Assembly: GCA_016278615.1 (NCBI GenBank)
Contig: JADQBM010000037.1
Location: forward strand, 12,939 to 76,938
DNA length: 64,000 nucleotides
From: Clostridia bacterium
Lineage (GTDB): Bacteria; Bacillota; Clostridia; Peptostreptococcales; JAAYPU01
Direction: 5' to 3'
The notes beneath the pieces were generated by a model. The model worked only from the letters and a program-made list of their open reading frames with translations. It was not told the origin of the DNA and did not search any database. Below are positions 31,362 to 40,448 of the stretch, one piece after another. Numbering within the stretch: position 1 is the first letter of the stretch; each line of letters begins with the position of its first letter. The position numbers were made by a program, and so were the translations under genes.

Positions 31362-32003
31362 TTAGTCATGGGATAAAAGCTCTTTTATGGTTTTTCCCAT
31401 GGCTTGTAGTAATAAAAAACAGGATGTTGCCCCTGCATCTAAAACACCTCTGGAGCGTTCTCCCAATCTACTTGCTCTTCCAATTTTAGCCACAAGATTT
31501 ATGGTCGAATCTTTACCTTTTTCCGCTGATTCAATCATTCTATCTATGGCAGTTGAAAAATCAGAGTCTATTGCATCCTTAAAAGCCCTTTCAGCTGGAA
31601 TTAAGGTGTCCAGTATTGTTTTATCTCCTAATTTCGCTTCTCCTAAGCTTTGTATCCCCGCTACTGCTTTGCTTAGCATTTCGGCAAACACTTCACTGTT
31701 GATATCTTCTTTTCCCTCTGTTGTTTTGGACATTTCAAAGAACATAGTTCCATAGAGCGGACCCATAGATCCTCCTATTTCCATCATCAAAATCATGGCA
31801 AGTTCTTTTAAGCCATCCGTTAGATTAAGCGGTTTCCCCGCGATTCTTTCTTCACATATTGTAAAACCTTTGTTCATATTAATCCCATGGTCCCCGTCAC
31901 CGATTTCACCATCAATTTTACTAAGATAATCTTTGTTTTGCTGTATGGTTTTTATTAAGCCTTCCAAAATTACTTTTCCATCTTTGTTTTTAAAACTATT
32001 CAT
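31362..32003 (-). CDS. dhaL: Dihydroxyacetone/erythrulose kinase L subunit
   Basis: DGEIGDGDHG.NM, GGSMGPLYG, GDKTILD, GRASRLGERS, DAGA. Confidence 0.9.
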   Translation of the reverse strand: MNSFKNKDGKVILEGLIKTIQQNKDYLSKIDGEIGDGDHGINMNKGFTICEERIAGKPLNLTDGLKELAMILMMEIGGSMGPLYGTMFFEMSKTTEGKEDINSEVFAEMLSKAVAGIQSLGEAKLGDKTILDTLIPAERAFKDAIDSDFSTAIDRMIESAEKGKDSTINLVAKIGRASRLGERSRGVLDAGATSCFLLLQAMGKTIKELLSHD

Positions 32004-32060
32004 ATTGATTCTCCTCGTAAAAAAATTTCAAGAAATGGATTGGCTACTCAATTAACGCTT

Positions 32061-33542
32061 TCAATCTTTAATCTTATTTTTTATTCTATTTCTCTCAAGC
32101 CAATGCTTCTCATAGTCATATCTAAGGCTTTTAAATAGCTTAAATATGTGTTGATACTTTGTGTATTGATCCTCATGGGGCTTAAATTCTTTATCTACTA
32201 AAATCTTGGTGTAATCCTTCTCAAGTCCCAATCCGACTTTAACAGTAGATACAATTCCTTTGATTCCCAGTTCTTTTACGATGACCCTAATAATCCCTTT
32301 TCCCAGGCAATCCGCTGACATCTGGCAGAGTGTATCATTCTTTGCGGCTCCCCCAGAAATAAACACCTTATCACTTGTATGAGGCAAAGATTCAAAGCAG
32401 TCATAAAGAGACATGACAAGTCCTTCAAAGGCAGCTCTCATTAAATCTTCTTTATTATGAGTGGATTTAAGTCCAAAAAAACTTCCAGTAGCAAAAGAAT
32501 TTCTAAAGGGTGCTCTTTCACCTTTTAAATAAGGATGATAGATGATGCCATTACTCCCTACGGGGACCCCCTTGATTATTTTTTCTATATCCCCATAAGT
32601 TACATCAGGATATAGCAACTTTTTTACCCAATCAATAGCAGCCGCACCACTAAGAGTTGGCATGATGCATATATAGCTGTCTTTCAATATATGTGACAGT
32701 ATAAGTCCTTTATTAAAATCTATATCCGATTCTTTTACGAGGGTCTGGTTTGCTAATGTGGTGCCCACGATGGTGCAAGTATCTCCTACATGGATAACAC
32801 CTAGTCCAACTGCAACAGCAGCTACATCTATAGCCCCCGCGATAACTGGTATGCCTTGACTTAACCCTGTTAATTGACTTGCCTCTTTGGTTAAACATCC
32901 TATGATTTTAGAAGAAGCACTGGGCAAAACAAACAGTTCCCGATACTCTGATAGATCCATTGCATCTAATATTTCTTGGGAAAACTCTTTACTCTTTAAG
33001 TTCATAAGCGCAGTGGTCATATCTGTATAATCGCTGGAAACAACACCTGTTAGCTTAAAATTAAGCCAATCCTTGCAGTGAAAAATTTTATGCATTTTTT
33101 CCAATGTATTTGGCTCATTTTCTTTAATCCACCGTAGTATATGGATATTTGAACCCGCATAAAGAGGGTTTGCATTATTCTGGATGCATATTTTGTCTAT
33201 TTCGTCTCTATTTTTAAGCTTTAGATGCTTCGTTCTTGTATCATTCCATAGGATGGCATTACCAGCTGGGTTTCCTTCTTGGTCTATTGCCCATAATCCG
33301 TCCCCTTGTCCTGTTATGCCGATTCCTTTTATGTCCTTCCAAATTGGGAGATTATTTTTTTTAAGATTCATAAGGATATGGCAAAGACTTTCCCAAAGCT
33401 TCACCATATCCAGTTCACAAGCATCTTCTGAAGGCATAATCAAACTAACATCTTCCGAGGATGTATCAATATATTCTCCATCCTCCGTTACAATTGCTGC
33501 TTTTATACAAGTAGTCCCAGCATCAATGCCAATAAACACCAT
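32061..33542 (-). CDS. FGGY kinase, erythritol/L-xylulose kinase-like
   Basis: GIDAGTT, ITGQGDG, ILWND.R, KDWL, HPYL.GERAPF. Confidence 0.85.
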   Translation of the reverse strand: MVFIGIDAGTTCIKAAIVTEDGEYIDTSSEDVSLIMPSEDACELDMVKLWESLCHILMNLKKNNLPIWKDIKGIGITGQGDGLWAIDQEGNPAGNAILWNDTRTKHLKLKNRDEIDKICIQNNANPLYAGSNIHILRWIKENEPNTLEKMHKIFHCKDWLNFKLTGVVSSDYTDMTTALMNLKSKEFSQEILDAMDLSEYRELFVLPSASSKIIGCLTKEASQLTGLSQGIPVIAGAIDVAAVAVGLGVIHVGDTCTIVGTTLANQTLVKESDIDFNKGLILSHILKDSYICIMPTLSGAAAIDWVKKLLYPDVTYGDIEKIIKGVPVGSNGIIYHPYLKGERAPFRNSFATGSFFGLKSTHNKEDLMRAAFEGLVMSLYDCFESLPHTSDKVFISGGAAKNDTLCQMSADCLGKGIIRVIVKELGIKGIVSTVKVGLGLEKDYTKILVDKEFKPHEDQYTKYQHIFKLFKSLRYDYEKHWLERNRIKNKIKD

Positions 33543-33560
33543 ATTACGCCTCCTAAGAAA

Positions 33561-34571
33561 CTATCTTTGAAATTGTTTCAAGCCCATTGTATCAACTTCC
33601 ACATCCATGAGTTCCTTAAGCTCATCATCGAGTTTCATAAGCGTTAGGGTAATCCCCATCATTTCCAATGATGTAAAGTAATTTCCTACATATGATCTAT
33701 AAACCTTTATGCCTTTTTCAGATAGTATTTCTTCTACTTTGTTATAAACAATGTACTGTTCCATAACAGGTGTCGCCCCCAAGCCCGACAGCAAAACTAC
33801 CACTTCATCGTCTTTTGTAAAGGGCATATCCGGAATAATGATATCCAACATAATTTCTGCCATTTCATCAGCCGTTGCAAGGTCAGAAATTTTTATACCG
33901 GGCTCTCCGTGATGGCCGATTCCAACCTCCATGGTGCCTTCTTTTATTTCGAAATTGGCTTTACCTACAGAGGGTATTGTGCAAGGTGTAATCCCAATCC
34001 CTACACTCTTTGTATTATCAATTGCCTTCTGAGCCGCTGCTATAACCTCTTCTAAGCTTCCACCCTTAGATGCTTTTGCACCGCCCACTTTCCACATGAG
34101 TATTTCTCCTGCAACACCTCTTCTCTTTTGAGACTCATCTTTAGGTGCAGAAGCCACATCATCATTGGCTACAACTGTTTTAACTTCAATACCTTCCATT
34201 TCGGCCATCTGCTTTGCCATCTTTACATTCATATTATCACCGGCATAATTGCCATAAAGACAAGCAACGCCTTTTCCAGCATTGGCTGCTTTGAATGCAT
34301 CTAAGAAAGCCTTCGCCGTGGGGGAAGAAAATATTTCTCCTACTGCAACGGCATCCACCATGTTTTTACCCACATATCCGATAAAGGCCGGTTTATGTCC
34401 TGATCCACCACCTGTCACAATACCAACTCGTCCTTCTTGGGGTGCTTTATTATATTTGATTACCCTGGGATTTTCTGTTGCAGAGACAATATCTTGATGA
34501 TTCTTTACAAAACCTTTCAGCATATCTTCAACAACAAAGTCAGGTTTATTGATTATTCTTTGCATGAGCAT
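33561..34571 (-). CDS. dhaK: Dihydroxyacetone/erythrulose kinase K subunit
   Basis: GGGSGHKP, NYAGD.MN, RRGVAG, GHHGEPG, TSLEM.G. Confidence 0.9.
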   Translation of the reverse strand: MLMQRIINKPDFVVEDMLKGFVKNHQDIVSATENPRVIKYNKAPQEGRVGIVTGGGSGHKPAFIGYVGKNMVDAVAVGEIFSSPTAKAFLDAFKAANAGKGVACLYGNYAGDNMNVKMAKQMAEMEGIEVKTVVANDDVASAPKDESQKRRGVAGEILMWKVGGAKASKGGSLEEVIAAAQKAIDNTKSVGIGITPCTIPSVGKANFEIKEGTMEVGIGHHGEPGIKISDLATADEMAEIMLDIIIPDMPFTKDDEVVVLLSGLGATPVMEQYIVYNKVEEILSEKGIKVYRSYVGNYFTSLEMMGITLTLMKLDDELKELMDVEVDTMGLKQFQR

Positions 34572-35029
34572 ACACCTCCTGAAATAAAACCTTTTTCATA
34601 TTCCATTATTTTATCTACCTTAGAAGTAGAACCGCCACCTTGAAATTCTGATTTCATCCAAATTTCTACTAATTGCTTCGCCAGCTCTGCTCCAATAACT
34701 CGTGAACCCATGGTCATAATTTGAGCATTATTGCTCTTCCTTGACCTTTCAGCTGAATAACAATCGTGACAAACTGCTGCTCTAATGCCAGGCACTTTGT
34801 TAGCTGAAATTGCCATACCGATACCTGTGCCGCACAGCAATATTCCCCTGTCATGCTTCCCTTTAGAAACAGCGCTGGCAACCTTTACAGCTGTATCTGG
34901 ATACAAAGATGCATCCTTATTATAAACGCCATAGTCCTCAGTTTCATAACCCAAGCTTTCTAAAAACTCCATAATAATATGTTTTAAATCATAAGCTGCT
35001 TCATCACAGCCTATGGCTATTTTTTTCAT
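34553..35029 (-). CDS. rpiB: RpiB-family sugar-phosphate isomerase (possibly D-erythrulose-4-phosphate isomerase)
   Basis: CGTGIGM.I.ANKVPGIRAA, NNAQ, G.RVIG. Confidence 0.88.
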   Translation of the reverse strand: MKKIAIGCDEAAYDLKHIIMEFLESLGYETEDYGVYNKDASLYPDTAVKVASAVSKGKHDRGILLCGTGIGMAISANKVPGIRAAVCHDCYSAERSRKSNNAQIMTMGSRVIGAELAKQLVEIWMKSEFQGGGSTSKVDKIMEYEKGFISGGVCSCKE

Positions 35030-35062
35030 AATGTCACCCTTCTTTCTCCTTTTCAGGGAAGC

Positions 35063-36142
35063 CTAAGGTACTAATACAACTTTTAAAGTGCCTTCTGCTC
35101 CTGTTTCAGCAACTTTAAAAGCCTCTTCCCATTTCTCCAAAGGGAATTTATGTGTAACAACACCTTTAGTTGGCAATTTTCCTTCTTTTATCCACTCTGC
35201 TACAGGCTCATAGCAATGAGGGCTAAGGTGTGCTCCAAATAAATCTAATTCTTTTCGGTCACTTATGATGCTCCAGTCTACTGCGGTTAAATCACCAAAC
35301 ACGCTGAATTCAACAAATGTGCCCATTTTTCTTATGGCTTCTAAACCCTGTTTTACACTTGAAGGGTGCCCTGTAGCTTCTATATAGATGTCACAGCCGT
35401 ACCCATCTGTCATTTTCTGAATCTCTTCTACAACGTTAACTTCAGCTGGATTCATAACAATATGGGCGCCAAATTCTTTTGCTAAAGCCAATCGGTCTGG
35501 TTTCATGTCTAGTACCACTAATTTTTTAGGGTTTTTCATAGCGATATAGCCTACCATCCCAAGTCCTAAAGTGCCTGCGCCTGATAAAACCACCACATCT
35601 TCATTGGTTATTTTGGCTCTATCCACACAATGCTTAGAACAAGCATAAGGTTCTATTAACACTGCCTCTTCTATGGACAATTCCTCTGGAACGTGATAGT
35701 TTAATGCTTCTTTTGGAAACTTCATGTATTCAGCCATGCCACCATTTACGTTGTTTTGGAATCCATATACATCATGTTTTTGGCACATCCAGTATCTTCC
35801 TGTTTTGCAAAATTTGCATTCCCAACATGGAACGATTTGCTCAGATATAACTCTATCTCCAATCTTGAAATCTCCCTTTGCATTTTCGTCTATTTCAACA
35901 ATTCTACCTATGAATTCATGACCTGGTGTTACAGGCGCTTTTATATACGGAGGATTTCCTTCTCCTCCCCAAAAACTAGGCGCCCCATGGTACGATTTCA
36001 AATCTCCTGCACAAATCCCGCAGGCTTCTACTTTTATAACGATTTCGCCATCTCCTGCTCTGGGAACAGGCACTTCTTCTAATTTGAAACCGCCTGGCTC
36101 ATAAGCAACTACCGCTTTCATTTTTTCTGGTATACGTGACAT
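35063..36142 (-). CDS. Zn-dependent polyol dehydrogenase, erythritol/L-threitol dehydrogenase-like
   Basis: CGICAGD, GHEF, CWECKFC...C, GAGTLG; DWSIISDRKELD and GAHLSP resemble EltD-type enzymes. Confidence 0.8.
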   Translation of the reverse strand: MSRIPEKMKAVVAYEPGGFKLEEVPVPRAGDGEIVIKVEACGICAGDLKSYHGAPSFWGGEGNPPYIKAPVTPGHEFIGRIVEIDENAKGDFKIGDRVISEQIVPCWECKFCKTGRYWMCQKHDVYGFQNNVNGGMAEYMKFPKEALNYHVPEELSIEEAVLIEPYACSKHCVDRAKITNEDVVVLSGAGTLGLGMVGYIAMKNPKKLVVLDMKPDRLALAKEFGAHIVMNPAEVNVVEEIQKMTDGYGCDIYIEATGHPSSVKQGLEAIRKMGTFVEFSVFGDLTAVDWSIISDRKELDLFGAHLSPHCYEPVAEWIKEGKLPTKGVVTHKFPLEKWEEAFKVAETGAEGTLKVVLVP

Positions 36143-36186
36143 TTTTACTTCCCCCTTCATAATAGATTACTTTTGTTTTTAAGATT

Positions 36187-37311
36187 TTACTGGGCTATAA
36201 TTTTCTCCCCTGTTTTTACATCAAATAAGTGGGTTTTTTCTGATTTGACTTCTAACTTTACAATATCCCCTTGTTTATATCGCTTATCATCCGAAGTTAT
36301 TAGGGTTAGAAAACCTTCTCCTACTCTAAAACTTATTTTTCTCTCTTCTCCTAAATTTTCAAATACGGATATACTTACATCCGACCCTTTGCTATCTTCA
36401 CCTACTATAAGTACATCTGTAGGTCTAACACCTAAGCGAACCAGCATGCCATCTTGCACCACAGAATAAAATCTCTGAGGTACAGGTATTAGAATATTCG
36501 CATCCTGAAATTTAAAAAAGAAGCTACTTTCTTTTTTTTGAACTTCTACAGTTAAAATGTTCATTGGGGGCTCCCCAATGAAGCCAGCAACAAATTCATT
36601 TACAGGATTGTCATAGACTTCAAAAGGTGTACCATATTGTTGAAGCTCTCCATCTTTCATTATGGCAAGCTTATCCACCAGTGACATTGCTTCAAGTTGG
36701 TCATGTGTTACGATGATTGTGGTACACATAATTTCATTGTGAAGCCTCTTTATCTCCGTTCTTAAAACCTGCCTCATTTTACCATCTAAGTGTGACATGG
36801 GTTCATCCAGTAAAAGTAATTGAGGTTTTCTAACAATGGCTCTTGCAATGTTAACCCTTTGTTTTTGCCCACCACTAAGTTTGCCTGGTTTCATATGAAG
36901 TAAATCATCTACTTTAAGTAACGGCGCAATTCTATTAATTTCTGCTTTTATGATTTCATTCTTAACATGCTTTGCTCTTAAATTAAAAGCAATATTTTCA
37001 TAAACTGTTAGCGGAGGATAAAGGGCATAATCTTCAAAGGCAAGACCTATCCCCCTATTATGGGGTGCCACATTGTTTACTACAGTATCTCCAATTATGA
37101 TTTCTCCATCTGTTATGTCCTCTAATCCGGCGATCATTCTAAGAGTTGTCGTCTTGCCACAGCCAGAGGGTCCTAAAATGCCAATAAATTCTCCATCTTC
37201 ACATTCTAAAGAGAAATTGTTAACAGCAAAGGCATTTAATGCTTCACCTTTTTTTCTTTTTTTATTTTCGTATCTTTTATATAGGTTTTTTAATAGAAGT
37301 TTTGCCATCAT
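36187..37311 (-). CDS. Sugar ABC transporter ATPase
   Basis: GPSGCGKTT, LSGGQKQR, LLLDEP, THDQ. Confidence 0.93.
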   Translation of the reverse strand: MMAKLLLKNLYKRYENKKRKKGEALNAFAVNNFSLECEDGEFIGILGPSGCGKTTTLRMIAGLEDITDGEIIIGDTVVNNVAPHNRGIGLAFEDYALYPPLTVYENIAFNLRAKHVKNEIIKAEINRIAPLLKVDDLLHMKPGKLSGGQKQRVNIARAIVRKPQLLLLDEPMSHLDGKMRQVLRTEIKRLHNEIMCTTIIVTHDQLEAMSLVDKLAIMKDGELQQYGTPFEVYDNPVNEFVAGFIGEPPMNILTVEVQKKESSFFFKFQDANILIPVPQRFYSVVQDGMLVRLGVRPTDVLIVGEDSKGSDVSISVFENLGEERKISFRVGEGFLTLITSDDKRYKQGDIVKLEVKSEKTHLFDVKTGEKIIAQ

Positions 37312-38435
37312 TCCACCCCTAATAATTCATTTTGATTATGTCTATAGATGTATTTATAATCGTCTCCATCAAAGAACATCGCTTTTTTCATTTTTATCCG
37401 TACAAATATTTCATCATCGATATTTGCTTGCAGGTCATTGGGTGCAATCAATCTTAACAACTGGCCATTGACATCTACAACCAAAATTGTTTTATTGCCT
37501 ATAGGTTCTACACTGTATACTTGGCCTTTTATGTACTCTTCATTTTCTTTATTGAAGCTAAAGGCTATGTCGTTTCCCCTAAGACCAATTCTAATGTTTT
37601 TATGCTCGCCTTCTTTTATGACTTCAGCCACATCTTCTTCAATTGTATAGCTTCGCTCTTGACCTAACATTTTGACTTGCGTTTCATCTTCTAATTCAAT
37701 ATCAAAAATATTGATTTCAGGCTCACCCATAAATTTTGCTACAAACTCGTTAGCTGGCGTTAGGTAGACTTCGTCCCCTGTCCCGATCTGAAGTATTTTT
37801 CCTTCATTGATTATTGCAATCCGATCCCCTAAACTAAGAGCCTCCATGTAGTCATGGGTTACATATATGGTGGTTGTATCAAATTCACTTTGCATTTCCT
37901 TAAGCTCTGCCCTCATGAAATGCCTCAATTTAGCATCTAGATGGGCTATGGGCTCATCCATTAGAAAAACATTAGGATCTCTAACCAAGCATCTTCCTAA
38001 AGCAGTCCTTTGTCTTTGCCCGTTACTGACTTGACTGGGGAGTCTATCCAATAGATGATCTATCTTCATCATGCTAGCAACACGATGTACTTCTTTCTTT
38101 ACTGTTTCTTCATCCTGCTTATGCAGAGGACTTCTCATAGGGGACGCGATATTATCGTAAACCGTCAAATGAGGATACAACGCATAATTTTCAAATACCA
38201 TGGAGATATCTCTCTTAGCTGGCTCTACCATGTTAACGTTTTTATCGTTTATTCTCACTTCACCCTTGTCAGGAAATTCTATTCCCGCAATGGTCTTTAG
38301 AATAGTAGTTTTACCTGCTCCAGCTGGCCCAAATAGTACGAAAAATTCCTTATCCTGAACTTCAAAATTAATATTATCCAGAGCAGTGATATTTCCAAAT
38401 TTTTTTGTTATATTATAAAGCTCAATTTTCGCCAT
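37308..38435 (-). CDS. Sugar ABC transporter ATPase (second, degenerate signature)
   Basis: GPAGAGKTT, VSNGQRQR, LMDEP. Confidence 0.92.
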   Translation of the reverse strand: MAKIELYNITKKFGNITALDNINFEVQDKEFFVLFGPAGAGKTTILKTIAGIEFPDKGEVRINDKNVNMVEPAKRDISMVFENYALYPHLTVYDNIASPMRSPLHKQDEETVKKEVHRVASMMKIDHLLDRLPSQVSNGQRQRTALGRCLVRDPNVFLMDEPIAHLDAKLRHFMRAELKEMQSEFDTTTIYVTHDYMEALSLGDRIAIINEGKILQIGTGDEVYLTPANEFVAKFMGEPEINIFDIELEDETQVKMLGQERSYTIEEDVAEVIKEGEHKNIRIGLRGNDIAFSFNKENEEYIKGQVYSVEPIGNKTILVVDVNGQLLRLIAPNDLQANIDDEIFVRIKMKKAMFFDGDDYKYIYRHNQNELLGVE

Positions 38436-38448
38436 TTCTCACCTCTCC

Positions 38449-39282
38449 TTATCCTTTAACTGCTCCAAAACTCAATCCTCTTACAAGATGTTTTTGAATA
38501 ATAAGAGCTAGCACTACTTCAGGAAGTGCCGCTACTGCAGCTGCTACTGCCATCTGTCCATAATGTACCGTATCAGATCCTATATATCTAAGTGCCGCTA
38601 CTGTAACTGTTTCTATTTGAAATCCACTGAGCAATAGTGGAAAAGTAAAACTGTTCCAAGCAAAAATAAATGCCAGTAGCGAGGAAGCTACCAGACCCGG
38701 TTTAATAAGGGGCACAAGTATTTTCCAAAACACGCTATACCAAGGGTATCCATCTAAGTTCGCCGCTTGCTCTACTTCAACAGATATTTCCTCGAAGTAT
38801 CCTCTAAGAACCCAAATTAAAAGGGGTAATGTTATCAATTGATAAACCCAAATAAGCCCAAAATAAGTGTCATACAGACCTATTTTTTGATAAATCATAA
38901 ATAGAGGTAATATGACCAATATTTCCGGTGCAAATTTAAATGAAAGTATTGTAAAGGCTAAATCTTCTTTCTTTGCAAAATTATATCTTGCAAAAGCATA
39001 TGCTGCAGGGACTCCTACAAGCAACGATAAAAGTACTGCCCCACCACTTACAATAATATTATTGATAAAAGCCTGTATATAGTCCGCCCCTTCAAATAAT
39101 ACGATTTTATAATTGTCAAGTGTGGGTGTGAAGATGAAGGTTGTGTTATACATTTGCGTGTCGCTTTTAAATGATATAATCACCAGCCATATTAAAGGGA
39201 AAATGGCAAATATGCTGTACAGACAAATAACTGTATAGGCGGATACGTTTTTAAGCAAATCCATTAATCTATTTTTCATCAT
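38449..39282 (-). CDS. Carbohydrate ABC permease (MalG-like)
   Basis: EQAANLDG EAA-like loop; GLSFGAVKG C-terminus. Confidence 0.9.
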   Translation of the reverse strand: MMKNRLMDLLKNVSAYTVICLYSIFAIFPLIWLVIISFKSDTQMYNTTFIFTPTLDNYKIVLFEGADYIQAFINNIIVSGGAVLLSLLVGVPAAYAFARYNFAKKEDLAFTILSFKFAPEILVILPLFMIYQKIGLYDTYFGLIWVYQLITLPLLIWVLRGYFEEISVEVEQAANLDGYPWYSVFWKILVPLIKPGLVASSLLAFIFAWNSFTFPLLLSGFQIETVTVAALRYIGSDTVHYGQMAVAAAVAALPEVVLALIIQKHLVRGLSFGAVKG

Positions 39283-39292
39283 CATTACCTCC

Positions 39293-40243
39293 TTAATTTC
39301 CTTGTGCATTTTGCTGTCCTTTTAACCATGCACCAATGAGTTTTTTACTAATAAAGAATATTGCAGCCCATAACACCAATAAGTAAGGTAATGCTTTTCC
39401 TAAGCTTGAAAATGCAAAGCCCATATTATATCCGGTTAAGGATAAATTCATGAGAGTACTTCCAGGGCCACCCTTTGTCAAGGCGAATATGATACCGTAC
39501 TCTTGCATGGATGCCATGAGTCTAAATACGAGAGCAATAAAAATAAAGGGTTTAAGAAGTGGTAATGTTAGTGTTCTAAAGGTAAACCATGGTGAACCCC
39601 CATCAATTTTTGCAGATTCATAGGGTGACTTTGGCAATGATTGAAGCCCTGCCAACATAAGGAGCATAACAAAAGGTGTATAGACCCAAAAGTCTATCAT
39701 GGCTGCTGTAAGCAAAGCCGTTGAAGCTGATGACGCCCATGGAAAGTTAAATACGCCAAATAAATTTAAAAATTTTTCTACAATACCAACGGAATTATTT
39801 AGCATGAGTTGCCAAATAAGTGTAGCAATAACAGGTGCAATCATAAGGGGGAATATTAAAATGATTCTCAATGTTTTTGTGAATCTACTCTCTCTTACTA
39901 ATAAAAGTGCTATGCCTAACCCTGCAACCATTTCTGTCCCCGTAGTCGCTAAGGTATACTGAACCGTTACCAAACAGGCATGCCAAAAGTTTTTAGACTG
40001 AAACATGCTAATCCAATTCTTAAGTCCTATAAACTTATAATCTATGGATCTGAAAGAGAAGTCGGTTAGTGAATAATAGATTGCAGTTGCAAATGGATAT
40101 AGAATCCCTATGGTTAATAAAAGTGCTGGAAGAATAATAAGATACGGCCTTGCCTTCACTAAAAAAGGAATTTTATTATCTTCTTGTTTTATGTTCTTTT
40201 GATTTTTTGTTGTCTTTTTCATCATATTTGCTGATGTGGCCAA
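39293..40243 (-). CDS. Carbohydrate ABC permease (MalF-like)
   Basis: AGLQSLP..PYESAKIDG; LTKGGPG. Confidence 0.9.
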   Translation of the reverse strand: MATSANMMKKTTKNQKNIKQEDNKIPFLVKARPYLIILPALLLTIGILYPFATAIYYSLTDFSFRSIDYKFIGLKNWISMFQSKNFWHACLVTVQYTLATTGTEMVAGLGIALLLVRESRFTKTLRIILIFPLMIAPVIATLIWQLMLNNSVGIVEKFLNLFGVFNFPWASSASTALLTAAMIDFWVYTPFVMLLMLAGLQSLPKSPYESAKIDGGSPWFTFRTLTLPLLKPFIFIALVFRLMASMQEYGIIFALTKGGPGSTLMNLSLTGYNMGFAFSSLGKALPYLLVLWAAIFFISKKLIGAWLKGQQNAQGN

Positions 40244-40408
40244 TTAATCCATCCTCCCCTTCGATTAGTCTCAGGAGAATACCCTCCTGACATATATTTA
40301 CTAATATAAGAGCCAAAACTCTTAACAGAGTTAATTTTCATCATTACATTTTTTTCTTAATGCGTATTTTTTTACTTTAAATATTAAAAAAAAACTTATT
40401 TTTATAAA

Positions 40409-40440
40409 GATTAGGGGGAGAGAGACCCCCACCTAATCTA
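40409..40440 (-). promoter_or_regulatory. Intercistronic hairpin after the binding-protein gene
   Basis: GATTAGGGGG...CCCCACCTAATC inverted repeat. Confidence 0.55.
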
Positions 40441-40448
40441 TTTGTTTT

